A stretch of 64,000 bases of DNA from Octopus sinensis. Its lineage: Eukaryota. Within the stretch, counting starts at the first letter, position 1; every line of letters starts with the position of its first letter. The notes under the pieces were generated by a model. It had not been told where the DNA came from, made no database searches, and was given only the letters and a program-made list of their open reading frames with translations. A program made the translations under genes and the position numbers. This document shows, piece after piece, positions 1-12,291 of this stretch. The stretch covers positions 38,502,001 to 38,566,000 of the forward strand of contig NC_043002.1 in NCBI RefSeq assembly GCF_006345805.1, in the 5' to 3' direction.

Positions 1-54
1 CACATATACATATATATATATATATACACATATATACACATATATACACATATA

Positions 55-195
55 TCAGTTTCCTAATCCACTCACTAGGTTTTTATCGGCCCGAGGCTAT
101 AGTAGAAGACACTTACCCAAAGTACCACGCAGTGGGACTGAACCCGAAAAATGTGGTTGGTAAGCAAGCTACTTACAACACAGCCATTCCTCCGC
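55..195 (-). mobile_element. tRNA-derived SINE family A, head/core fragment
   Basis: Reverse complement matches the head of the fuller copy at 34104 (tggctgtg(t)tggtaagtagcttgcttaccaaccac...ttcagtcccactgcgtgg...gtgtcttctactatagcc). Confidence 0.8.
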
Positions 196-199
196 CTAA

Positions 200-2057
200 A
201 CCCCGAACACATATACTCCCCATTCCCTCCCTCCTTCCCAGCCTTCCTCCATACCCACTACCCATCCTACTTCTATCCCATCTACTCCAACTATTTCTAT
301 CTCATCGACCCCTTCTCTGCTTCAGTCCGTTGTTACCATTCCTCCAGATCTTCCCCCTTCTGAGGCGGAACGCCCCCTCTTCAGTAGGGGATCTGCGCTT
401 CATCCTCCTCACTCCACCTGCATCTAATGAGGAAGACTGCTTCACTGACCTGGGTCGCCGACCATCCCAGTGGACGCCAGCTCCTGGTCAGTTCCAAGCA
501 GTCGATCTTTTTGCGGGCGCCTACCAAGGCGTTGCGGACCGGTTTAACTTTTCCAGGCGTCCCCGTCATTTCAACATCTCCCCAGCCGAACTCTCGGCCC
601 TTCGATATCTCAACCTGCAACTGTCCCACCGAACTCATCTTCAGATATATTGATAGTGCCCTTGCCCTCCTCGTGGTTTCCCTCCCCTCTCACATTCATG
701 ACACCAACCATGTGCTTCATTTGTTCAACTCTTTCTCCTTCCCTCCTGGCCCTTCTAACCTTCTCTTCACTCTCGACATCCAGATCCTTTACACGGTAAT
801 TCCTTAACCTACTACCCAATGACCAATCAGTCGCATCCACACTCGGTCGTCTAGCCGAACTTGTCCTTTCACTCAACTGTTCTCGTTCACTGGTGATTTT
901 TACCAGCAGATTTCCGCGAGTCTCCATGGGAACCAGAAAGGGCTCCGACTATGCGAGCCACTTCATTGGCTACCTTGAGGCCCAAATATTCTCAAGTTTT
1001 ACTGGTCCTACTCTCGAACTATACCGCCGTTATATTGACGACTGTATCGGTGCGACTTCACTCTCCCGCGAACAACTGGACTCTTCCGATCTTTTGTCAA
1101 ATCTTCCCCTTCTGCCCTTCACTTCTCCTGCAATATCTCTGACACCTCTATCTCCTTTCTTGACATTTCAGCCGGCATTCATCGCTCCAGTCTCACCACC
1201 TTTATCCATTAAAAACACTCAGACTCACACTCATACCTCAACTTCTCTTCCTCCAGCCCTAAGCACACCAAGCTTCCTATCCCCTATTCCCAATTCCTCC
1301 GTCTAAAGAGGCTCTGCAGTGACGACCATGACTTTGCGACTCAGTCTCAACTCATTGCTCACCACTTCATCCTACGTGGATATTCCCTCATCACTATCCA
1401 CACCGCCCTTGCCAGAGCACGTTCCGTGGACCGTGCATCTGCTCTCTTCCCCGCACCCGGCCTGCGGTCTCACGTCTCCCGTTTCTTTTCCCCTACCACC
1501 ACACCACCCTACCTTTCAAGCACACCATTCCCCGAGCCTTCGGCATCTCCAGTCCGACCACTCCAATTCGTACATCTTCCCTGACCGACCTCTTTCCTCC
1601 TTCAAAGGAGCCCACTACCTATGAGACCTCTTGACCCACAGCTTTTTCCCTAACCCAACGTCACAACCCAGCTCGTTCACCTGCTCCCACCCACGCTACC
1701 ACACTTCCCCTTACCTTTCCAACACCACCCCCTCACTGGCACCCATCATCGACCCTATCATATCCCCGACTCCTTCACCTGCACTTCCACCAATGTCATC
1801 TACTGCATCTCCTACTCTCTCTACTCTTCTCTATACATCGGGCAAACGGGACGCCTCCGAGACATCCGACTCGGCAATGACAACTCGGTCTTGCGCCATT
1901 TCCGCTCTACCGATCCTTCTTTGCAACACCTGTCTGTGTTCTGAATGTCCTTGTCCAGGGGCCATCCGGACTCCCTTTTTCGCCGTGAACAGGGATTAAT
2001 CTTCTCTCTGCGCTCCTTTGCACTTCATGGGCTCAACTCCCTTCCCCTCTTCATTTA
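200..2057 (+). mobile_element. Degenerate Penelope-like retroelement (RT + GIY-YIG endonuclease), multiple frameshifts
   Basis: Translated motifs: VVTIPPDLP near 330; MGT.KG.DYA.HFIGYLE..IF...TGPTLELYRRYIDDCIG (927-1055); FLDI near 1155; SYLNFSSS.PKHTKLPIPYSQFLRLKRLCSDDHDF (1230-1335); NVIYCIS...LYIGQTG (1790-1850); terminal HGLN near 2030. Confidence 0.85.
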
Positions 2058-2667
2058 ACCCTCTTCCACCCTCCTCTCTTCCTCACACACCTACTTCCTC
2101 CCACCCACCTTTCCTCTCTTGCTCCGACTCCTACTCTCCTTCTCTCTTCACTCTTACCCATTTTCTCCCTTCCCCCTCTCCGTTCATCTTCATACCTCCT
2201 TCGTAACCCCACCCAAACAAAATCCAGCCGCACCTTCCCTATCCATCCTCACCACACCCCATCCTTTAAACCCACTCCCACATACCCAACCTTTGCCCCA
2301 TCCTCAGCCTAACCCACATACCCCACCTTTAACCCAACCTTTGCCTAACCTACACCCCACCCTTGCTTTCCCCACTCTCGCCTCCCCTATATACGATCAC
2401 CACACCATACACCACCATACACACACAACACCACATCACATCACACCACCACGCACACTCACACATCCAGATCACCAGCCCTCTTCCACAAGCACATTAA
2501 TGCCCTCTTATACACACGAACGCGTACCTTCGTTTTGGGATCACCTCTACTTTATTATCTCCCTTCTTCCTAGCTCTCCTGTGTGACCCTCTGTCCAGCA
2601 TTCGCCATGATAAATCGCTAGCCACTACACATTCTTTATTTTCTCTCCTTGATTCTTTCTGTGTTCC

Positions 2668-2702
2668 TTTCTGTACAAGAGCGTAGACTCGAAACGTTAA
2701 AA
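2668..2702 (+). ncRNA. Degenerate hammerhead ribozyme relic downstream of the PLE
   Basis: ttt-CTGTACAA-gagc gtag actc-GAAAC-GTT-aaa; core damaged, stem II partly retained. Confidence 0.4.
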
Positions 2703-2817
2703 CTTTCTCACTTCCCGAGCATTAAACTAATTCATCGGTTTGTTGTCTACATCACCTGACTTCGTCTTTTGTTTTTTTGTTGTTGCGAATTCTCCCTTTT
2801 TATATATACATACAAAC

Positions 2818-2879
<62 letters not shown>

Positions 2880-3039
2880 TCAAAATGTGGCCGCGTACCG
2901 TTGGATCTTTCCTTTTCCTATGTTTCTGACGAAGAGCTCCGCTCGAAACGTTAACCGTCCTTCTTTCCTTCTTTCCTGAGCGTCCAATAATACTATACTT
3001 GTTCCACGTCCTCGCGTTGCTGTGTTTTCATGTTTGAAT

Positions 3040-3045
<6 letters not shown>
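2880..3045 (+). mobile_element. PLE-type terminal repeat fragment containing a minimal hammerhead motif (2922-2955)
   Basis: CTGACGA-A-GAGC tcc GCTC-GAAAC-GTT; the same family recurs on the minus strand at about 38550-38740; flanked by TA/TG microsatellites. Confidence 0.7.
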
Positions 3046-3089
<44 letters not shown>

Positions 3090-3802
3090 TACACACACAT
3101 GTATATATATATGCATAATTTCCAGGATTCAAGAGAACCAGGTACTTAAATACTAAAGTACCAGGAATGTCAGGTCGATTTTGGCGCTGTCGTGTTCCAA
3201 CAGTATATAAAAGAAAAATACGTACTTACTAAAGTAAACACTTATTTGTACTCCAGTTGTGCGTAGACAGACGGAGACACACACACATATATATATAAAC
3301 ACAAATACACAAATACACACATTTATAGTACATAGACGAACATGAATCTAAGCAGTTTTATCTTAGTTCTTCTAAGGGAGGTATTTATTCGCTGAGAGAG
3401 CAAACTCAACGGGTAGACCGTGTTAAGATTAAATAGATGTATGGGGATTAAACAAATGTGTGATTACAGCGCAGAAAGAATTGTAGTCTGTAATATTAAT
3501 ATATGTGTCTGCAAGTATGGATGTATGTATACAGGTTAATATATGTGTATCTGTGTGTATACATGTATGTACGTGTATGCGTGTGTAGATATATATACAC
3601 ACACATATGTTTATAGGCATATATGTCGTATGTATAGCTAATACGTGCATACATTCATGGAGTTATATATACCGTCATATATACCGCTTCCCAGACGCTC
3701 AAAAGCTTTCAGTTTATCACCGGTCTACACTTTTCCTTATTCACCCACCTCTTCCACGAAGATTTAAATTCCAACAACAAATATTTTCATCTCCCTTTCA
3801 CC

Positions 3803-3863
<61 letters not shown>
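3803..3863. repeat. (TATC)n microsatellite
   Basis: Directly visible tandem array. Confidence 0.95.
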
Positions 3864-3905
3864 ACACTTACCCCTAATTCCCCCTCACTCTCTCTCACTC
3901 TCTCT

Positions 3906-3941
<36 letters not shown>

Positions 3942-4444
3942 CTTCCTCTCCCTCTATCACTTTTCCATTCATTCCCTCTCACTTGCCTCCCGTCTCTGAT
4001 ACATTTCTCGCTTATTCAGATTATTTCAGAAATATGCCTGTCTGATATATCCTTTCTTTACTTCTTCCATTGCATCGCTTTGACCTTTATGTTGCATCCA
4101 TTCGTAACACCCCACTCGCAACAATATCTCTAACAATTCGACAAACTTGCTCTCTCGTTCTCTCTCTATTTTCTCGCTTTTTCCCCCTCCTTTTCTCTCT
4201 CTTACCTAATATCCCTACTTATTTTTCTAGTTTTCTTGTTCTTGAATATCTTAATTTCACTCCGTCTTTCTCTTCTGCACAAACACCACGAACACACACA
4301 TGTATACGTACACGCTCACTTTCTACCTCCCTGTCTTTCTGTGCCATGTATACAGATATACACACGAATTTTCTGGTCGCTTTCAAAGTTTTTCCATAAT
4401 TACAGCCCTCTTTCTATTCGCGTGTGCGCAAGTGTGTATGTATG

Positions 4445-4476
<32 letters not shown>

Positions 4477-4640
4477 CGTATGTGTGTGTGTGTTATTTAG
4501 AGATAGTAAGTATCATATTAAAATTCTTTTTTATATGGTGTGATGAAGGGGACTAATATCTCTAAATAACATATATTTCCTCATTGAGAATAATTTGAAC
4601 CCCTGTAATGCCGGAAATTTTATTCCCTATAAATGTAATA

Positions 4641-4672
<32 letters not shown>

Positions 4673-4861
4673 ATGCATACATATATAAATATATATAAAT
4701 ATGTAAAACTAAGCATGTATATTTATAAATATATATATATAGAGAGAGAGAGAGAGATATATAGGTAGTTAGATAAATACATACACACATACATATATTG
4801 TAATGATTAATAAAAATTCTGGTATCTTCCATATTCCGTCTTTCATTTACCATATGTATAT

Positions 4862-4866
4862 GTATG

Positions 4867-4954
<88 letters not shown>
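4862..4954. repeat. Compound (TA)n/(GA)n microsatellite
   Basis: Directly visible; representative of dozens of TA, TG, CT and TATG arrays across the window. Confidence 0.95.
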
Positions 4955-4957
<3 letters not shown>

Positions 4958-5187
4958 CAAGCCTGTAAGTATGCAGGCATATATGTATGTAAATTCCTGT
5001 CAACCTTTTCAATTCCGAACATTTGAAATATGCCAATTTAACAGTAAATATATACAGCAACAATTGATATTGATGTAAACACACAGTGCTATGTATACAT
5101 CCGTATGCACACATACACTCACACATGCATACAAGTACAAGTATCTATGTACGTACGTATGTATGTATGTATATGTATGTATGTATG

Positions 5188-5219
<32 letters not shown>

Positions 5220-6447
5220 TGCATGCAAAACATCACACACAAAGAGTTTAGACACAATATCACGCGGAAAATAAACCACAGAAAAAAATGAAACATATTT
5301 GAACATTCTATATATTCTCTCTGTGGACATGGATTCAAACGCCTGGAGGTAATATTCATATTCCTGTTGCCTTCACCAGCATGTGATTATCAGCATATGC
5401 AAACGATTAACGATTGTCCACAATTATTTATACCACTGGAATCTACCTAGATTGTACAAAAATCCGACTAAATTTAAATACGATCTCTTGGTGCAAAAAT
5501 TTACACGTTTGAAATATGATCTTGGATATACAGATGGGTAAGAGAATTAGATGAAACGAAACTTTTAATAAAGGCAACGCCACCAACTTGTTAAAGGAAA
5601 ACCTGGTGTCTGTACCCAAGAGAAACCGAAAAATGCTTGATGGGTCTGAGTGTTCTAGGGCAAACGTGAACTTTAATCAGAATTAGGTCTATCGTGAACT
5701 TCAATCAGTGCCTGCTCCTTTTTTTTACCAAGATCAACCGTTTTCTTGGAGTGTTTTCGGTGGTTAGATTGATTCAAAGACCAAACGCATTGACAGCCAC
5801 TTCGAATGAGGTATGATTGAATGGCCATCCATGTCAACAGTATCGAATCACATGCTTGATTCCTCAATAATAATCTTATTAATTTACCCTTAATGTTTTA
5901 TTTCATTGTTCTCAGAATTAATTTTTTTGAAGTGCGATCCACTTGAACTCAAATGCGCGAAGGCTGCGTCACTGCCATTCACGCCATCAATGTTGGACCT
6001 TGAAGTTTAGGTGTTGGTTACCATTGTGAACGAATGCAGTGTAGTTACAGACGCAAGTACTAAGTAGAACATAGCAACCGATCTGCTCCCCCAGCCTCTG
6101 TAGAGGCACATCCGTGCGGTATCTCAGATATGATAAAGCAAAAGATCAAAGCCTGAGGAATTTAAAGTGGAGACATACGTGGAAATGTATCTGTATTTAA
6201 AATAAAATTTTGTACATAGAATTGACGAATTAGGGTATCCTGTATCGTACATTCTTTGATTTTGGTTACGATAATTTAGGAACAACAATATAAAAGCAAA
6301 CGCGAATATCAATATTACCAAAGAAACAATATATTTAGCAAATATTATATTTGAGATCGAAGAAAGGAGAACCTCAGATCATCTTATACTGGAATATCAA
6401 AACTAAGACAGTTTTTATAAAGAATTGACATATACAATACATATATA

Positions 6448-6516
<69 letters not shown>

Positions 6517-6926
6517 GAGAGTGAGATGCATCCAAGCTTTAAGGAAATCAAAAAGGAAACCACAAAACTGGAGTAAAGGAGAGTTAACGCTACAGAAATA
6601 TAACATTGGTATAGGTAAAAGCTTAAAATCAATACAAGGTATTCTTTTGACCAAACAAACCCGTAGCTATGGTTAACACAGCAATAAAACAAAAAAAAAA
6701 AACAACGAAGAAAATGCAAAACGGTTCCATTAAAGACTCGCCAGGAATAAGTGGCAAAGAAATCTGCATACATACAGATGAATGAGGAACTTATGAAAAG
6801 AAATAGCCTCTCTAAGGCAGAAGAAAGTCAAAAAACCGCTCTTCACTTGTTTTCTGTCTGGCGTCTACACCATCCATAGTATGCTGACGACACGAGAACA
6901 ATAAATAGATTTTGGCCCAGTGTATG

Positions 6927-7101
6927 CACCGCCTTTAGTCGAGCAAATCGATCCCGGGACTTATTCTTTGTAAGCCTTGTACTTTGTCTATCGGTCTCTT
7001 TTGCCAAACCGCTAAGCTACAGGGACGTAAACACATCACTATCTCTTGTCAAGCGATGTTGGGGGAACAAACACAGACACACAAACAAATATACATGCAT
7101 G

Positions 7102-7143
<42 letters not shown>

Positions 7144-7280
7144 CGACGGGCTTCTTTTAGTTTCCGTCTACCAAATCCATTCACAAGGCTTTGGTTGGCC
7201 CGAGGCTATAATGGCACTTGCTCAAGGCGCCACGCAGTGGGAATGAACCCGGAACCATGTGGTTGGTAAGCAAGCTACTT
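6927..7280 (-). mobile_element. SINE family A, main part (tail, internal microsatellite, core), split by a 2.4-kb insertion
   Basis: Matches 34104-34490 in reverse; the missing head resumes at 9696-9733. Confidence 0.85.
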
Positions 7281-9695
7281 TTATTAATTAAATTGCCCAT
7301 GAAAGCCGTGCACAGATAAGTAGCTGCGGGCTGGACAAAGACATTAATGAGATGAGGATGATAATGATGAACAAAAATGGGAAGGGCACTGGCGCCAGCC
7401 GACCGATTAACCCTCGCAATCACTGTTCTTTTATTCAATTTTACTCAAAAAATCACAAAATTACAAAATTTTTCTTAATCTTCCTCTTTCTCTTCCGAGC
7501 CCCTGCATAAATTTCCTGCCGCCTGCTGGGAAGCCTGCAGCGGCAGGTCGGAGCCCGGAAAGAGAAAAGCAAATTCTTTTTTTGCAAAGGTCACTATGAC
7601 CTCAAAATGTTCTTTATGTGTTATGACCTCTGCAGCCACCTGCGGAAGCCAGCGTGGACAGTCAATGCAGACCGAGTCGTAACGTTGTCGGTCGAGAAGC
7701 CTGTTCAAAAATCCCTCGAGAGCCCCTCCCTTGTGATAGAAAATGACGGGTTCCACCTCTTCCTCACGGGGGGGGGGGCTTCAGACTGCTCTGTCAGTGG
7801 CACAATTTCCACCTACGGAGTCTTTTGTGCCGGTGGCACACATCCCACCGGCAGATCATTGGGATCTGTCGGCGGCACATCAACCTATGCCGACCGTCTC
7901 CCATTTTTCTTTTTCTTCTTCTATTTCTCTTCTTTGGGCTTGCGATACTCAGGGCTTCTATCGGCTTATCCGTGAAGTCTGCCTCTTCTCCCGCAACCTG
8001 TATGTCTTTTGGTGAACAACATTGTTACTCGCCTTTCTTTTCCTTTTCGAGGAGGCAACCGCCTCCACTACTTTCTCCGCCTCCCCCTCCAATGGGGTGG
8101 AGGCAGTTCGTTTTGATGTGGTGTGGTTCCAGGCACAGGTGATACTTGGGGGAGGGGGGCGACCCGTAAGAATCACCGGATACCTGGCCCCGGCCATAAC
8201 CAAATATTCAGGGAATACTAGGTCTCCAGCCGACTGGGTCCAAAGGCTCAGAACTGCTTTTGACGCTGCCCAATCGGTCGCGGCCTCCACCCTGACACCG
8301 AGGAGCTTGGTTCCGCTACCGCTCAGACCTCTACGAATGGTCTGTCCTGTCCATTCAGACTGAATACCGGGCGGCAGCCCACATACCCAAGTCCTCGTTA
8401 TTTTCTTCCCACAATATGTGGGAAGGAACAAAATCTCATCTCCTTCTTGGGGTTGACTTGCCGCAGTGCAAGCTATCTCAGGGGTGTCAAATAGCAACCA
8501 CACCGTTGCATACCTGACACCCCTGGACACAAAGTACTTTTTTGCTGGCAAACATTCTGACAGTTCTTTATCAATGATACGCTTGTCGATGGCGTCATGC
8601 GACCTAGAATAGGTGCGTAGTACCACCTTCTTCCTCTCCAAAGGGGTGGCCTTATTTTCCTTCATATTAAAATATCCACATAAAATAAACAACAAACAAA
8701 ATTTCTAAACACAGGAAAAATAGAGAAAACTATTCAATAAGGGCGGAAGAAATGAAAATGATAGTTCCTACCAAAAATAGTTCATAAAAGAAAGAAAAAG
8801 GAAAAACAATAGTTCGCAAAGAGTAAATAAAAATATATAGTTCCAGGCAGAAAAAAAATTCAGGCCACAATGGTACTCCGGCCCTATTCGATCCCGGCTC
8901 CTTTGCAGCTCTCAATTTGATGATAAAATCCAGTTCTTTGCTCGTAACTAAGCAAAAAAAAAAAAGAAATTTCATCTTTTCTTCAAATCCATAGTTTTCG
9001 AAACATCTTAGTTGTTTTGAAAACAACAATAATTCTTCTTCAATTTTTCTCCACTGTAGAAAAACAACAATTTACGTCAAAAAATTCCGGCTTGCTTCTC
9101 GTGCTGTTCAAACAAGCTCACCGGCAACAAGCCACACACACTTTGCTTGCAAAACAAGCAACAAATTCACCGCCAAGAGTAAGCGAAAATGCCCCAGAGC
9201 AGGGCAGAATATACTGTAATAAAAATAAAAAAACAATTCTAACCAGCTCAGTGAAAACAAAATCGCTCATCCTGACGTCGACCTTTTTCTCTAGGACGGA
9301 GCTAAACAGCTATACGTCTTCAATGAAAGCGGAAGAAATGAAAATAATATTAAAAGAAAGAGAAAGGAAAAACAATAGTTCAGAAAGAGTAAATAAATAT
9401 ATATATAGTTCCAGGCAGGAAAAAAAAGTCAGGCCACAATGGTACTCCGGCTCCTTTACAGCTCTCACACTTTGCTTGCGAAACAAGCAACAAATTCACC
9501 GCCAAGAGTAAGCGAAAATGCCCTCAGAGCAGGACTGAATATACTGTAATAAAATACGACAACACTTCTACCCAGCTCATAAAAAAAAAAATCTCTTCCC
9601 TTCACGAGGCCTTTTTCTCTAAAACGGAGCTAAACATGTCCATGTCTTCCCTTGTTCACTGTAGCAAGTAACTCGCCAACGCGCATCCGTGAATG
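7281..9695 (-). mobile_element. Non-autonomous ORF1-only LINE derivative (half-LINE), apparently full length, with target-site duplication
   Basis: Flanked by gtaagcaagctactt (7266-7280) and gtatgcaagctactt (9696-9710); minus strand begins CATTCACGG and ends in ...ttaattaataa; a single long disrupted ORF; no APE or RT motifs seen. Confidence 0.75.
7475..8665 (-). pseudogene. ORF1/gag-like protein (RRM-like region, CCHC zinc knuckle, C-terminal domain), frameshifted
   Basis: ATG at 8665 (MKENKATPLERKK...). After a frameshift in the G/C run near 8150-8160 the alternative frame reads (Y/C)HLC-LEPH-H-IKTN-C, i.e. CX2CX4HX4C with the first Cys mutated. Further coding-like sequence continues to the stop at 7475. 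Confidence 0.6.
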
Positions 9696-9733
9696 GTATG
9701 CAAGCTACTTACAACACAGCCACTCCTGCGCCT
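9696..9733 (-). mobile_element. SINE family A head (5' remainder of the split copy)
   Basis: gcaagctacttacaacacagccactcctgcgcc continues the SINE interrupted at 7280. Confidence 0.8.
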
Positions 9734-10369
9734 ATAATATATAATAATTTCTTTATAAAAAGTTTCTAAGAAAAGAAACACTCATTTGTTGATAGTTCAT
9801 AAGGTCTATAGCGGTGCAAATAGTAAAATGCTGCTCTTCTTGTCTTTCTTTTACTACATCACAACCTTCCCCGTTCTTAATCCAATCCCCGGTTGGAATG
9901 GTACAACTTAAGTATGTATATATAAATGGTACAACTAAAATATATACAACTGCCATATATACTAAAATATATATTTGCGAAATTGTAAGAAAAATACATG
10001 TTTCCCGTTATATATTACTCGAAATATTCAAAATGTATAATATATATTATTAGTTATGCATATTCATCAAGGATAAATATATAAATATTGCATCTTTGAC
10101 GGGTATTTGGCCAATAAAATTGTGCTCACTGGTTCTATATTAACTTCGTATAATTTTATTATTATAACCAACAGATTCGCGAATTAGAGTAGTGGTACAA
10201 CAAAGCACCAATGTTTACTGGAAATAGCAGTCGATACATTTACGACGATATAAAAAAGCTTCGATGTGTATATACTGGCAAAATCGTGTGAGGGCAGCAA
10301 ACATAAAAAAATGTTTTACCCCTACGAAGAACATTATATAAATGGACAACCCAGAATCTGATAATCCAG

Positions 10370-10790
10370 AGATCTTTTCGGTTTGAACGGCAGTTTTTAA
10401 CATAATTTCTAGGTAACTAAAAAAGTTTAAACTTAGTATACTGGTAGAATGTGTTTATAACACATCTTTTTCTCTTGGCTTTATTGAGAAAATTCTATAG
10501 TTTGTAAGATATTTCTTGTTTTTTTCTTCAATTTCTGCAATTTTAACCAATCAATGACGTCCATTGAGGTAAACAACATTCTGTGCCGTATGAATATGTC
10601 GCTCGTTTAAGAAACAGATTCGGTTTATTTACATTTGTGAAGAAAAAAATATACACTTCCCCCCACCCCTAACCCAAACCTTAACCCTAAAACAGATTGA
10701 AATGCAATAGATCGATACCAGGGTCATAATTATGGGTGACAATTTCATATGACACCGCTAGAAAAACTGCCGTTCAAACCGAAAGGATCC
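10370..10790. mobile_element. MITE with about 28-bp TIRs and 8-bp TSD (Merlin-like termini, inferred)
   Basis: Left agatcttttcggtttgaacggcagttttt, right aaaaactgccgttcaaaccgaaaggatcc; TSD taatccag at 10362-10369 and 10791-10798. Confidence 0.85.
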
Positions 10791-10856
10791 TAATCCAGTA
10801 CCTAGGTTTTGGGGACTTTAAATATGTTTGTCATCGTGAATTTGATTAAATTTGAT

Positions 10857-10937
<81 letters not shown>

Positions 10938-11553
10938 ATATATATATATATATAAATATATACGAGCAAAACGGACAGTGCTGAGTTGTCAAACATTTAA
11001 GCCATATTTTCTCAAAACAACTTGTCCGACCGTCCCATAGGCCTCCCCTTTGAGAAACACTGATTTAACCTAAATTTGTGACACCAGCAAAAGAAGAAAT
11101 AAAAATAGACTTTTTTTCTATTCCAAAGAAAAACGATTTTATTCATACAAATATGCAACCGAAGAGTTTAAAGTACCAGTAATGATAAGGCTGTTGACTG
11201 GGAGAATACAAACATGGTTTAAACAGTAAGCTTGGCAGGAAAGAAATGTGCCTTTAAGCTGCACAAAAACAACAAAAAATGGAAGGTGCAGTTATGTACA
11301 GGTTGACAGAAGAAAAGCAGGACAAAAACAGCTTTATCGATCACATTCTCACCTGGAATCGATTTTTGTAATCTTTTCAAGGCTTATACACGCCCTGCAT
11401 ATCAAATTTGAGTGCCATCGGATGGAGGATGCTTGAGATCTGAGAAGACACACACACATACACAGAGACAGAACGGATTTCGTATAAGAGATATATATAC
11501 AGCAAACTTTGGAAGCATGGAATTTGTGTCTGATATTTTAGAGACAAAAAGGT

Positions 11554-11766
11554 AAATTTCGAACGGAGTATAGCTGTGAAGACAGCAGAAAGATTGGGTA
11601 TTTACCCTTATAAGATGCAGTACAGTTGCCAGCAATCAGCTACAGGGAATGAAATCTCTTAGATATCAGCTGAGTGCTCTCACCTGCTGGCAACTCTTTT
11701 TCAGTTTTACCAGGATAAATACCCAATCTTTCTGCTGTCTTCACAGCTATAATGCATTCGAAATTT
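11554..11766. mobile_element. Small foldback MITE
   Basis: tatagctgtgaagacagcagaaagattgggtattta is perfectly inverted at the right end; inner inverted pair agttgccagca/tgctggcaact. Confidence 0.75.
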
Positions 11767-11899
11767 AATTTCTTTAATATATGTAAATATATCTATATAC
11801 GTAAAACATATAGGGTAACGAGTTTTTTTAGATATTTCACTACCAGTGGCCTAACATATATAAAAAGTCAATAGACAAGATATTATCCATCAAAAATTA

Positions 11900-12280
11900 G
11901 TGTACATTTAAACACAAGAGAAGCGGCCTTTAACAGGCAGCCTTACACGCTAGAAGAAGCAGTCAAAACGAACAAAACCAACTTTAAGAGCAATTTCGAA
12001 GGGAATGAAAATTAAAAACTTTTACCTTTTTTTTTAGAACCATACCTAGGTTTCAAATTCTAATTAGCAAATATGATGAGAACTCTAACTAGCAAATTAT
12101 TTTATTAGCTAATTAGAGTTTGAAACCTAAGTATGGCTGTAAAAAAAAAACAAGGTAAAAGCTTTTATTTTTCATTCCCTTCGAAATTGCTCTTAAATGT
12201 GGTTTTGGTCATTTTGATTGCTTCTTCTAGCGTGTAAGTCTGCCTGTTAAAGGTCTCCTCTCTTCTGTTTGAATGTACAC
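11900..12280. mobile_element. Foldback (near-complete palindrome) MITE
   Basis: Starts gtgtacatttaaacacaagagaag, ends ctcttctgtttgaatgtacac; arms pair along most of their length. Confidence 0.8.
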
Positions 12281-12291
12281 GATATATATAT

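Noticed and set aside
3400-5360. Numerous ORF-track peptides rich in YI, CV, HT, LS or RE dipeptides (here and throughout the window)
   Set aside because: They are translations of TA, TG, CT and TATG microsatellites, not genes.
5300-6120. Higher-complexity stretch with short ORFs (e.g. 5673-5867 minus)
   Set aside because: No recognisable motif in any frame and frequent stops; may be an old transposon but cannot be supported.
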